Shown: one piece after another, positions 48,785-57,099 of the stretch
Numbering within the stretch: position 1 is the stretch's first letter
How the letters are laid out: each line of letters begins with the position of its first letter
Assembly: GCA_050916045.1 (NCBI GenBank)
Contig: CP051526.1
Location: 640,001-704,000, forward strand
Source: Tepidisphaera sp.
GTDB taxonomy: Bacteria > Planctomycetota > Phycisphaerae > Phycisphaerales > UBA1924
Direction of reading: 5' to 3'
Length of the DNA: 64,000 bases
Program-made: the position numbers and the translations under genes
The notes under the pieces: model-generated
What the model was told of the DNA's origin: nothing
The model's input: the letters and a program-made list of their open reading frames with translations, nothing else
The model's database searches: none

Positions 48785-49146
48785 TGGTGGCGGCAGCGAA
48801 AGACAAGCACGACCGACGCTCACCCTGCCCCGTCGCGGCCACCCTCGACCTCATCGGCGACCGTTGGACGCTCCTGATCATCCGCGACCTCTTCGCGGGA
48901 AAGTCCCGCTATCAGGAACTCGCCGGTTCTCCAGAGAAGATCGCGACCAACATCCTCGCCGCACGCCTCCAGCGCCTCCAGGATGCCGGCCTCATCGCCG
49001 CAGCACCCTCCGCACAGCGGGCCGGAAGCTTCGAGTACACGCTCACCGACCGCGGAAGATCCCTCCGCCCGCTCGTCGTCGCCATGCGCGACTGGGGTCT
49101 CGAGCACGTCCCCGGGACCCAAGCCCTCATCCGCGCCAAAGCCTGA
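48781..49146 (+). CDS. HxlR-family winged-helix regulator
   Basis: CPVAATLDLIGDRWTLLIIRDL, EYTLTDRG; ATGA overlap with upstream gene. Confidence 0.9.
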   Translation: MMVAAAKDKHDRRSPCPVAATLDLIGDRWTLLIIRDLFAGKSRYQELAGSPEKIATNILAARLQRLQDAGLIAAAPSAQRAGSFEYTLTDRGRSLRPLVVAMRDWGLEHVPGTQALIRAKA

Positions 49147-49241
49147 TCCGCCGCCGCTCGCCAGAGCCCGCGCGAGCCCGGCCCCAGGTTCCACCAGACC
49201 CAATCGGCGTACCGTCCCGAGCAACCCTCGGAGCGATCGAC

Positions 49242-50237
49242 ATGACTCGACGACTGACCCTCTCCCTCATCGCCGCTTGCTCGCTCGGAACACTCGGCTG
49301 CCAGACCAAGCCCGCCGCTCCCCCCGCGATGTCCGGCAATCCGATCCTCCCCGGCCGCTACGCCGACCCGGAAGCCGTCGTCATCGGCGACACCTACTGG
49401 ATCTACCCCACGGCTTCCCAGCGATACGACCAGCAGACCTACCTCGACGCGTTCTCCTCACCCGACCTCGTCCACTGGACCAAGCACCCCCGCGTCCTCG
49501 AGAAAAGCAGCGTGTCCTGGGCCAAGCGCGCCATGTGGGCCCCCGCTTTCGCTCAGCACAACGGCAAGTACTTCCTCTTCTTCGGCGCCAACGACATCCA
49601 GTCCGACAAAGAGCTCGGCGGTATCGGTGTCGCCGTCGCCGACAAGCCCGAAGGCCCCTTCAAGGATCACATCGGTAAGCCCCTCATCGACGCGTTCCAC
49701 AACGGCGCCCAGCCCATCGACCAGGGCTTCTTCCGAGACACCGACGGCGCCTGCTACCTCCTCTACGGCGGCTGGCGACACTGCAACCTCGTCAAGCTCA
49801 ACAAGGACTTCACCGGCCTCGAGCCCCTCCCCGACGGCACGATGTTCAAGGAAATCACGCCCGAGGGCTACGTCGAAGGCGCGTACATGTTCCTCCGCGG
49901 CGGCAAGTACTACTTCATGTGGTCCGAGGGCGGCTGGACCGGCCCGGACTACTCCGTCGCCTACGCCGTCGCCGACTCCATCCACGGCCCCTTCAAACGC
50001 GCCGGAAAGATCCTCCAGCAGGACCCCACGGTCGCCCGCGGAGCCGGTCACCACAGCGTCCTCAAACGCCCCGGCCACGACGAGTACTACATCGTCTACC
50101 ACCGCCGTCCCCTGGACATGACGGACCGCGACGACCGCTTCGTCTGCATCGAACGCATGCAGTTCGACGCCGAAGGCCGGATCCTGCCCGTCAAGATCAC
50201 CTTCGACGGCGTCCCCGCGATCGGACCAGCCCGCTAA
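49242..50237 (+). CDS. Glycoside hydrolase family 43 lipoprotein
   Basis: LGC lipobox; YADP, WAP, PID, VEG, GAGHHS motifs. Confidence 0.9.
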   Translation: MTRRLTLSLIAACSLGTLGCQTKPAAPPAMSGNPILPGRYADPEAVVIGDTYWIYPTASQRYDQQTYLDAFSSPDLVHWTKHPRVLEKSSVSWAKRAMWAPAFAQHNGKYFLFFGANDIQSDKELGGIGVAVADKPEGPFKDHIGKPLIDAFHNGAQPIDQGFFRDTDGACYLLYGGWRHCNLVKLNKDFTGLEPLPDGTMFKEITPEGYVEGAYMFLRGGKYYFMWSEGGWTGPDYSVAYAVADSIHGPFKRAGKILQQDPTVARGAGHHSVLKRPGHDEYYIVYHRRPLDMTDRDDRFVCIERMQFDAEGRILPVKITFDGVPAIGPAR

Positions 50238-50281
50238 GCCCCGGTTTCGAGCCTTCCCAGCCCGCCGTATGATGCCCCGGC

Positions 50282-52774
50282 GTGGCGCAGGGAGGCGCAT
50301 TGATCACGGAACTCGTTCCGAGCATGTTTCACAGACGGCTTCTGCTCCTCGCCGGGGCTTTCACCCTCGGCGCTGCGGTCCTCGCCGCGCGCGTCGTCTG
50401 GCTCGGAGCGGTCAAGCACGAAGAGCTCACCGAACGCGCCGACTCCAAACTCGTCTCCCGGCACTGGACGCCCACCGTCCGCGGCCGCATCTTCGACCGC
50501 AAGGGACGCATCCTCGCCGCCGATCGCGCAAGCTACGACCTCGTCCTCCCCTTCCCCGTCATCAACGAACTCTGGGCTTCCGATCGCGCCTCCTCCCAAG
50601 CTCCGCGCGTCTACCGCAACATCGGCCCCGGATGGGCCGCGATGGACCCCGCACAACGCGCCCAAGCCCTCGCCGAGCTCACCGACGTCTACCGAAAGCA
50701 CCAGCAAGCTGCGTGGCAGCAGCTCGCTTCCCTCCTCGGTACCTCCACCGACGATCTCGCCGACCGGCGCCGGGAGATCATCGATCGCGTCAACCGCCGC
50801 TACCGCGCCGTCGTCGACCGCCGCCGCGAAGCCGAACTCAAAGCCCGCGGACCCGACGCCGATCCCCTCGACGAATCGGGCCTTCGAGCCATGGAACGCC
50901 GCGTCGGCGAACCCATCTGGGAACAGGGCGCCACACACCCCATCGCCACCCGCCTCGCCGACGCCATCGCCCTCGAACTCGACCGCTTCGCCGGAGCCGA
51001 AGTCGAGCTCGTCGTCCACGAAGCCCCGGGACACGACCCCGTCACCGACCGCGTCGAAGCCATCCCCGGCCTCCGCGTCATCAACTCCGGCGACCGCCAG
51101 TACCCCCTCGAGACCATCGCCGTCGACATCGACCAGAACCACCTGCCAAGCCCCCTCCGCCGCGACGAAAAACGCGCCATCGAGGTCGACGGCGTCGGCG
51201 TCCACGTCTTGGGCTGGATGCGCGAAGGCGTTCAGGATGAGGATGTCGCGCGCCGCACCGCCCTCCTCGCCGCTTCTCCCCAGGAATCCGCCCGCGTCAT
51301 GAACGCCCAGGGACGCGACCGCGGCTTCTACGACCCCACCGTCCTCGAACGCGTCGGCGCTTCCGGCGTCGAACAGTCCATGGAGACGACCCTCCGCGGC
51401 CTCCGCGGCGAACGCATCCGCCAGCTCGACACCGGCGTCTCCAACGAAGTCGCCGCCGTCAGCGGCCGCGACGTCACCCTCACGATCGACGCTCAGCTCC
51501 AAGCCCGCGTGCAAGCCGTCATGTCCCCCGGCTCCGCGGGCGTCGGCCTCGGCGAGGTCCAGCCGTGGAACATGACCAAGCCCACCATGTCCGACGGCTC
51601 CCCCAACCCCGCCCACAGGCCCATCGGCACCGAGCTTCACGGCGCCGCGGTCGTCCTCGACATCGATTCCGGCGAGGTCCTCGCCATGGTCTCGACGCCA
51701 AGCTTCCTCCGAAGCCAGCTCTGGGCCGAAGGCTCCACCGTCTTCGACATGACCGCCGGAGGCGCCTTCCTCAACCGCGCCATCGCCCGACCCTACCCGC
51801 CCGGGTCCGTCGCCAAAGCACTCGTCCTCAACGGCGCCGCCAAACGCGGGGTCTACGCCGTCACCGACACCATCGAGTGCAACGGACACTTCTACCCGAA
51901 CAAGCCCAACGAGCTCCGCTGCTGGATCTTCAAAATGACCCAGTACAGCGGAGCCCAGACCCACATGTCCCAGTTCGGCCGCGCCATCCGCGGCTCCGAA
52001 GGCCTGATGGTCTCCTGCAACATCTTCTTCTTCACCCTCGGCCAACGCCTCGGCGTCGACGGAATCCAGTCCACCTTCACCGACTTCGGCGTCGGCAAAG
52101 GCTGGGACCTCGGCATCGGCTGGGAGTTCCCCGGCGTCATCGGCCGCCCCGCCCGCCTCGGCGAACTCACCATCCAGGACGCCATCCAGATGGGCATCGG
52201 CCAGGGACCCATCGCCTGGACACCCATGCACGCCGCCAACTCCTACGCCACCCTCGCCCGCATGGGCGTCGAGGTGCCCCCTTCCGTCATCATGGGCCGC
52301 GCCAAGGGGGAGCCCCGACGCATCGGACTCGTCCCCGAAGCCGCCGCCGAAGCACTCGACGGCCTCGGCCTCGCCGTCAACGCCGAACTCGGCTCCGGAC
52401 ACTACATCTCCGTCGACGGTCAGAAGGAACCCACCTTCAATCACGACCCCAGCCGAATCTGGATCTGGGGCAAAACCGGAACCGCCGCCGGAAGCGACAC
52501 CTCCGACCCCGACGGCAAAGCCGGCCCCCTCCCGCCCGAAACCGTCGTCGGCGACCACTCCTGGTACGTCGTCCTCGTCGGCTCCGCCGCCGAACGCCGC
52601 CCTCGCTACGTCGTCTCCGTCATGATGGAATACGCCGGAAGCGGCGGCAAAGTCTCCGGCCCAATCTGCAACCAGATCATCCACGCCCTCATCGCCGAGG
52701 GATACCTCCCCGGCGAAGGCGGCCCCGCCGGCGAAGCCCACCCCGGCCTCGCAAACCCGGAGACGCCCGGATGA
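50282..52774 (+). CDS. mrdA: Penicillin-binding protein 2 (class B transpeptidase)
   Basis: RGRIFDRKG; active-site SVAK, SCN, KTG; upstream of rodA; start may be 50282, 50300 or 50324. Confidence 0.8.
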   Translation: MAQGGALITELVPSMFHRRLLLLAGAFTLGAAVLAARVVWLGAVKHEELTERADSKLVSRHWTPTVRGRIFDRKGRILAADRASYDLVLPFPVINELWASDRASSQAPRVYRNIGPGWAAMDPAQRAQALAELTDVYRKHQQAAWQQLASLLGTSTDDLADRRREIIDRVNRRYRAVVDRRREAELKARGPDADPLDESGLRAMERRVGEPIWEQGATHPIATRLADAIALELDRFAGAEVELVVHEAPGHDPVTDRVEAIPGLRVINSGDRQYPLETIAVDIDQNHLPSPLRRDEKRAIEVDGVGVHVLGWMREGVQDEDVARRTALLAASPQESARVMNAQGRDRGFYDPTVLERVGASGVEQSMETTLRGLRGERIRQLDTGVSNEVAAVSGRDVTLTIDAQLQARVQAVMSPGSAGVGLGEVQPWNMTKPTMSDGSPNPAHRPIGTELHGAAVVLDIDSGEVLAMVSTPSFLRSQLWAEGSTVFDMTAGGAFLNRAIARPYPPGSVAKALVLNGAAKRGVYAVTDTIECNGHFYPNKPNELRCWIFKMTQYSGAQTHMSQFGRAIRGSEGLMVSCNIFFFTLGQRLGVDGIQSTFTDFGVGKGWDLGIGWEFPGVIGRPARLGELTIQDAIQMGIGQGPIAWTPMHAANSYATLARMGVEVPPSVIMGRAKGEPRRIGLVPEAAAEALDGLGLAVNAELGSGHYISVDGQKEPTFNHDPSRIWIWGKTGTAAGSDTSDPDGKAGPLPPETVVGDHSWYVVLVGSAAERRPRYVVSVMMEYAGSGGKVSGPICNQIIHALIAEGYLPGEGGPAGEAHPGLANPETPG

Positions 52775-54018
52775 ACTTCATGTTCGCCGAGCCCTGGTGG
52801 AAACGCGCCCTCCGAGCCCTCTCGCCCGCGAACCCGGCATGGCTCGTCGTCTTCGCTTCCCTCGCGCTCACCCTCCTGGGCCTCTACTGCATCAACATCT
52901 CGCGTGGCTTCTCCACCGTCGAACTCGCCGAACTCACCGGAGTCCCCGCCACCGTCAACAAAGCCGGCATCGGCGCCGGTGCCTACTCCCGCCAGCTCGT
53001 CTACTTCGCCGTCGGCATCCTCGCCGCCATCATCGTCGCCACGCCCAACTACCGCCTCTGGGGCGTCCTCTCGACCGCTCTCGGCATCACCACCCTCCTC
53101 CTCCTCATCTTCCTCCTCCTCCCCTTCATCCCCACTTGGATCGTCAAGCCGAAAAACGGCGCTCGCGGATGGATCCAGTTCGGCGTCGCCGACTTCCAGC
53201 CCGCCGAAATGGCCAAAGTCGTCTACGTCATCGTCATCGCCTGGTACCTCCGCTACCGCGAGAACCACCGACGCTTCCTCGGCCTCGTCCCCATCGGCCT
53301 GCTCACCATGGTCCCCGTCGGCCTCATCACCCTCCAGCCCGACCTCGGCTCCGCCCTCCTCTTCATCCCAAGCCTCTTCGCCATGCTCGTCGCCGCCGGC
53401 GCCAAACTCCGCCACCTCACCATCATCGTCCTCGTCGGCGCCATGGCCGCACCGCTCAGCTACCCCGTACTCCGACCACACCAGAAACAGCGCCTCGTCG
53501 GCCTCTGGAAACAGTTCACCGGCGACACCACCGGCGACCGCGACATCAACTTCCAAAGCAACGCCGCCCAGACGCTCATCGGCGCGGGCGGAGCGTCCGG
53601 CACCTCCACCGAAAAATCCCGCGCCCTGCTCCACTTCAACGCCCTCCCCGAACGCCACAACGACATGATCACCGCGGTCATCGGCAACCGCTTCGGCATG
53701 GCCGGTCTCGCCGCCGTCATGGGCCTCTACCTCCTCTGGGTCGTCGGCGCACTCTGGGTCGCCGGCCGCGCACGCGACGCCTTCGGACGCCTCATCCCCG
53801 TCGGCCTCGCCGGCTTCATCGGCGGCCAGGCCCTCGTCAACCTCGCCATGAACGTCGGCCTCGCCCCCATCGTCGGCGTCACCCTCCCCTACGTCAGTTT
53901 CGGCGGCTCAAGCATGCTCTCCGCATGGATCATGGTCGGCCTGGTCTTCTCCGTCTCCCTCCGAAGCGACGCCCGACTCTTCAAAAAGCCCTTCGAATTC
54001 GACGCCGACCAACCCTGA
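52771..54018 (+). CDS. rodA: SEDS glycosyltransferase RodA/FtsW family
   Basis: GARGWI, FQPAEMAK, LQPDLGSA, LPERHNDM, GVTLPYVSFGGSS. Confidence 0.88.
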   Translation: MNFMFAEPWWKRALRALSPANPAWLVVFASLALTLLGLYCINISRGFSTVELAELTGVPATVNKAGIGAGAYSRQLVYFAVGILAAIIVATPNYRLWGVLSTALGITTLLLLIFLLLPFIPTWIVKPKNGARGWIQFGVADFQPAEMAKVVYVIVIAWYLRYRENHRRFLGLVPIGLLTMVPVGLITLQPDLGSALLFIPSLFAMLVAAGAKLRHLTIIVLVGAMAAPLSYPVLRPHQKQRLVGLWKQFTGDTTGDRDINFQSNAAQTLIGAGGASGTSTEKSRALLHFNALPERHNDMITAVIGNRFGMAGLAAVMGLYLLWVVGALWVAGRARDAFGRLIPVGLAGFIGGQALVNLAMNVGLAPIVGVTLPYVSFGGSSMLSAWIMVGLVFSVSLRSDARLFKKPFEFDADQP

Positions 54019-54064
54019 CGCCCATCCGGAAATTCCCCGAACCCGCCCGACATACCGTTGCCCC

Positions 54065-54913
54065 GTGAAGCCCCCGCGCCCCCAGCACGACGTCAAGGAC
54101 ATCCTCCCCCACGCTCTCCCCGAGCCCCTGACGCCACCCGCGGATTTCGCCGCCAAAGCCGGCGAGATCGGCGTCGAGTTCGACGAGCCCGACGTCCCCA
54201 GACTCGGTGCCTATCTCGCCCTCCTCCTCACCGTCAACGAGACGATGAACCTCACGGCGATCAAGGACCCCGAGACCGCCTGGTCGCGACACATCCTCGA
54301 CTCCATCTCCCTCATCCCCATGCTCGCCGACCTTGACGAAGGTGCCCGCGTCATCGATGTCGGAAGCGGCGGGGGACTCCCTGGCATCCCGCTCGCCATC
54401 TGCATGCCGCACCTCCGCTTCACGCTCCTCGAAGCCACCGGCAAGAAAGCCGCGTTCCTCGAACGCGCCGCTTCCCTCCTCGGACTCTCCAACGTCGACG
54501 TCATCCACGACCGCGCCGAACGCGCCGCCCACAACCGCGGCTCCCGCGAGGACCGCTCCGCCGGCACCCGCGAAGCTTTCGAAGCCGTCGTCGCCCGCGC
54601 CGTCGGCCGTCTCAACTCCCTCGCCGAGATCACCGTCCCCTTCGCCAAGATCGGCGGACGAGTCCTCCTCATGAAGGGCGAAAAAGCCGCAGAAGAAGTC
54701 ATCGAAGCCGACACCGCCTTCAAGCTCCTCAACGCCGTCTTCGTCCAGACCATCGAACTCCCCACCGGCAAGGTCGTCGTCCTCGAGAAAAACTCCGCCA
54801 CCCCTCGCATCTACCCCCGCGGCGACGGTGAACCCACCAACAGGCCCCTCGGCCCGGCCAAGCACGCACCCAAGCCGCCACGCACACCCGACCCGCGAGA
54901 CAAGCCCGAATGA
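54065..54913 (+). CDS. rsmG: 16S rRNA m7G527 methyltransferase
   Basis: MNLTAI, HILDS, DVGSGGGLPGIPLAI, LEATGKK, ARAV, YPR. Confidence 0.93.
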   Translation: MKPPRPQHDVKDILPHALPEPLTPPADFAAKAGEIGVEFDEPDVPRLGAYLALLLTVNETMNLTAIKDPETAWSRHILDSISLIPMLADLDEGARVIDVGSGGGLPGIPLAICMPHLRFTLLEATGKKAAFLERAASLLGLSNVDVIHDRAERAAHNRGSREDRSAGTREAFEAVVARAVGRLNSLAEITVPFAKIGGRVLLMKGEKAAEEVIEADTAFKLLNAVFVQTIELPTGKVVVLEKNSATPRIYPRGDGEPTNRPLGPAKHAPKPPRTPDPRDKPE

Positions 54914-57099
54914 ACGCAAGCGTCGAGGGCATCCTCGGTGCCGATGGCCTCCTCGCCGAACGTCTCGGCGAGTCCTTCGAAGCACGCAACGAACAGCTCG
55001 ACGCCGCCCGCGCCGTCCTCCGAACCATGGAGGAACGCTCCATCCTCCTCTGCGAAGCCGGCACCGGCGTCGGCAAAAGCTTCGCCTACCTCGTTCCCGC
55101 CATGCTCCGCTGCCTCGCCGGCGAAACCGTCGTCATCGCCACCAACACCATCGCGCTTCAGGAACAGCTCGTCCGCAAGGACGTCCCTCTTCTCCGCGAG
55201 CTGCTGGACCCCGGCGCGGGCGATGACGGGGAAGACTTCGAAAACGCCAAGATCCGCCCCGTCCTCGTCAAAGGCCGCGGAAACTACGTCTCCCTCCGCC
55301 GACTCAAACTCACAAGCCAGCGACAGGACAAGCTTCTCGCCGACCCCGCGGCCCGCCGCTCGCTTCACATCATCGAGGACTGGGCCGCACAAACCCTCGA
55401 CGGAACCCTCAGCAGCCTCCCACCCATCGAACGCCCCGGCGTCTGGGACAAGGTCGAAAGCGACTCGGGCAATTGCATGGGCCGCAAGTGTCAGAACTAC
55501 CAAGCCTGCTTCTACCAGCGCGCCCGCCGCAAGATGGAACGCGGCAACCTCCTCATCTGCAACCACGCCCTCTTCTTCAGCGACCTCGCCCTCCGCGCCC
55601 AGGACGCCGGCTTCATGCCCGACTACCACCACGTCGTCCTCGACGAAGCGCACAACATCGAGGATGTCGCCAGCGAGCACTTCGGCGTCTCTCTCTCCGA
55701 AGGCCGCGTCATGCACCTGCTCTCGACGCTCTACGCCGAACGCTCCGGCAAAGGCTACCTCCCCAACCTCACCCTCCAAGCCGGCGACTCCGCCGCCGTC
55801 GAAGCCGCCATGCGCGAAGTCCTCTCCGCCGCGGACGCTTCCCGCGCCTTCTTCGAGTCCGCCCTCGAACTTCTCCCCAAACGCGCCTTCGGCGGCGTCT
55901 CCACCGAGCCCGGCACCATCCGCTACCGCCAGCCCGGCCTCCTCAGCCCCGAACTCGCCCAGCGCATGACCCGCCTCTCCCTCTCCCTCAAGGCACTCCG
56001 TGACATCGTCAAGGTCGAAGCCGATCAGTTCGAGCTCAACTCCTACGCCCAGCGAGCCCAGATGATCGCCGACGCCGCCACCACCCTCTGCGAACAGAAA
56101 CTCTCCGGCTGCGCCTACTGGGTCGAAGCCGGCGGTGAGGGCGGCTCGGGCGGTGGGGGTGGTGGGGGCGGTCGCCTCCGCAAAGTCACCGTCGCCTGCG
56201 CCCCCGTCGAGGTCGGACCCCTCCTCAAAACCCACCTCTTCGGCAAGGAACACAGCGTCACCCTCACCAGCGCCACCCTCGCCACACGCACCCGCCGTGA
56301 AGACGAAATGGATGAGCACGCCGAAACCGCCTTCTCGCATGTCATGTCTCGCCTCGGCTGCGAAGGGCTCGGCGAACGCGTCATCCGAACCATGCAGGTC
56401 GGAAGCCCCTTCGACTACGCATCCCAAGCCGAGCTCATCGTCGACGAACGCGTCGATTCCAAAGCCGCCTTCGGCAAGAAAGCCACCCGCTCCGAGATCG
56501 AAGACGACTGGCTCTCACGCGAATCCGACGCGCCCCGCGCCCCCGAGCTCACCTACGCCCAAAAGCTCGCCGCTTGCATCGAGGAACACGTCATCGAGAC
56601 CGACGGCGGCGCCTTCGTTCTCTTCACCAGCTTCGCCACCCTCAACGCCGTCGCCCGCGCCATCCGTCCCCGCCTCGAATCCCTCGGCATGCCCGTCCTC
56701 GGCCAGTCCATCGACGGCTCGCGCGAAGAAATCCTCCGCCGTTTCCGCGACGACCCGCGAAGCGTTCTCCTCGGCGCTTCAAGCTTTTGGCAGGGCGTCG
56801 ACGTCCGCGGTCAGGGCCTCCGCAACGTCATCATCACCAAGCTCCCCTTCGAGCCCCCCGACCGCCCCCTCACCGAAGCCCGCGGCGAACTCATCCAGCA
56901 GCGCGGCGGCAACCCCTTCATGGAAGACTCCATCCCCCGCGCCGTCATCCGCTTCAAGCAGGGCTTCGGCCGATTGATCCGAAGCCGGGACGACCGCGGC
57001 CGCGTCGTCGTCATGGACGGGCGCGTCGTCACCGCGAGGTACGGCCGCCTCTTCCTCGCCGCTCTGCCCAAGGGTGTCCCCGTCCGACGCGTCCGCTGA
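54910..57099 (+). CDS. DinG/YoaA-family ATP-dependent helicase
   Basis: EAGTGVGKS, KGRGNY, DEAH, SPFDY, LFTS, SFWQGVD, KLPF, QGFGRLIRS. Confidence 0.9.
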   Translation: MNASVEGILGADGLLAERLGESFEARNEQLDAARAVLRTMEERSILLCEAGTGVGKSFAYLVPAMLRCLAGETVVIATNTIALQEQLVRKDVPLLRELLDPGAGDDGEDFENAKIRPVLVKGRGNYVSLRRLKLTSQRQDKLLADPAARRSLHIIEDWAAQTLDGTLSSLPPIERPGVWDKVESDSGNCMGRKCQNYQACFYQRARRKMERGNLLICNHALFFSDLALRAQDAGFMPDYHHVVLDEAHNIEDVASEHFGVSLSEGRVMHLLSTLYAERSGKGYLPNLTLQAGDSAAVEAAMREVLSAADASRAFFESALELLPKRAFGGVSTEPGTIRYRQPGLLSPELAQRMTRLSLSLKALRDIVKVEADQFELNSYAQRAQMIADAATTLCEQKLSGCAYWVEAGGEGGSGGGGGGGGRLRKVTVACAPVEVGPLLKTHLFGKEHSVTLTSATLATRTRREDEMDEHAETAFSHVMSRLGCEGLGERVIRTMQVGSPFDYASQAELIVDERVDSKAAFGKKATRSEIEDDWLSRESDAPRAPELTYAQKLAACIEEHVIETDGGAFVLFTSFATLNAVARAIRPRLESLGMPVLGQSIDGSREEILRRFRDDPRSVLLGASSFWQGVDVRGQGLRNVIITKLPFEPPDRPLTEARGELIQQRGGNPFMEDSIPRAVIRFKQGFGRLIRSRDDRGRVVVMDGRVVTARYGRLFLAALPKGVPVRRVR

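Noticed and set aside
43014..49146. Extension of the tRNA-Pro island over the TPR-redoxin, ars and dinB/hxlR genes
   Set aside because: No further core repeat was seen after 43013 and codon usage is host-like; older acquisition cannot be excluded.
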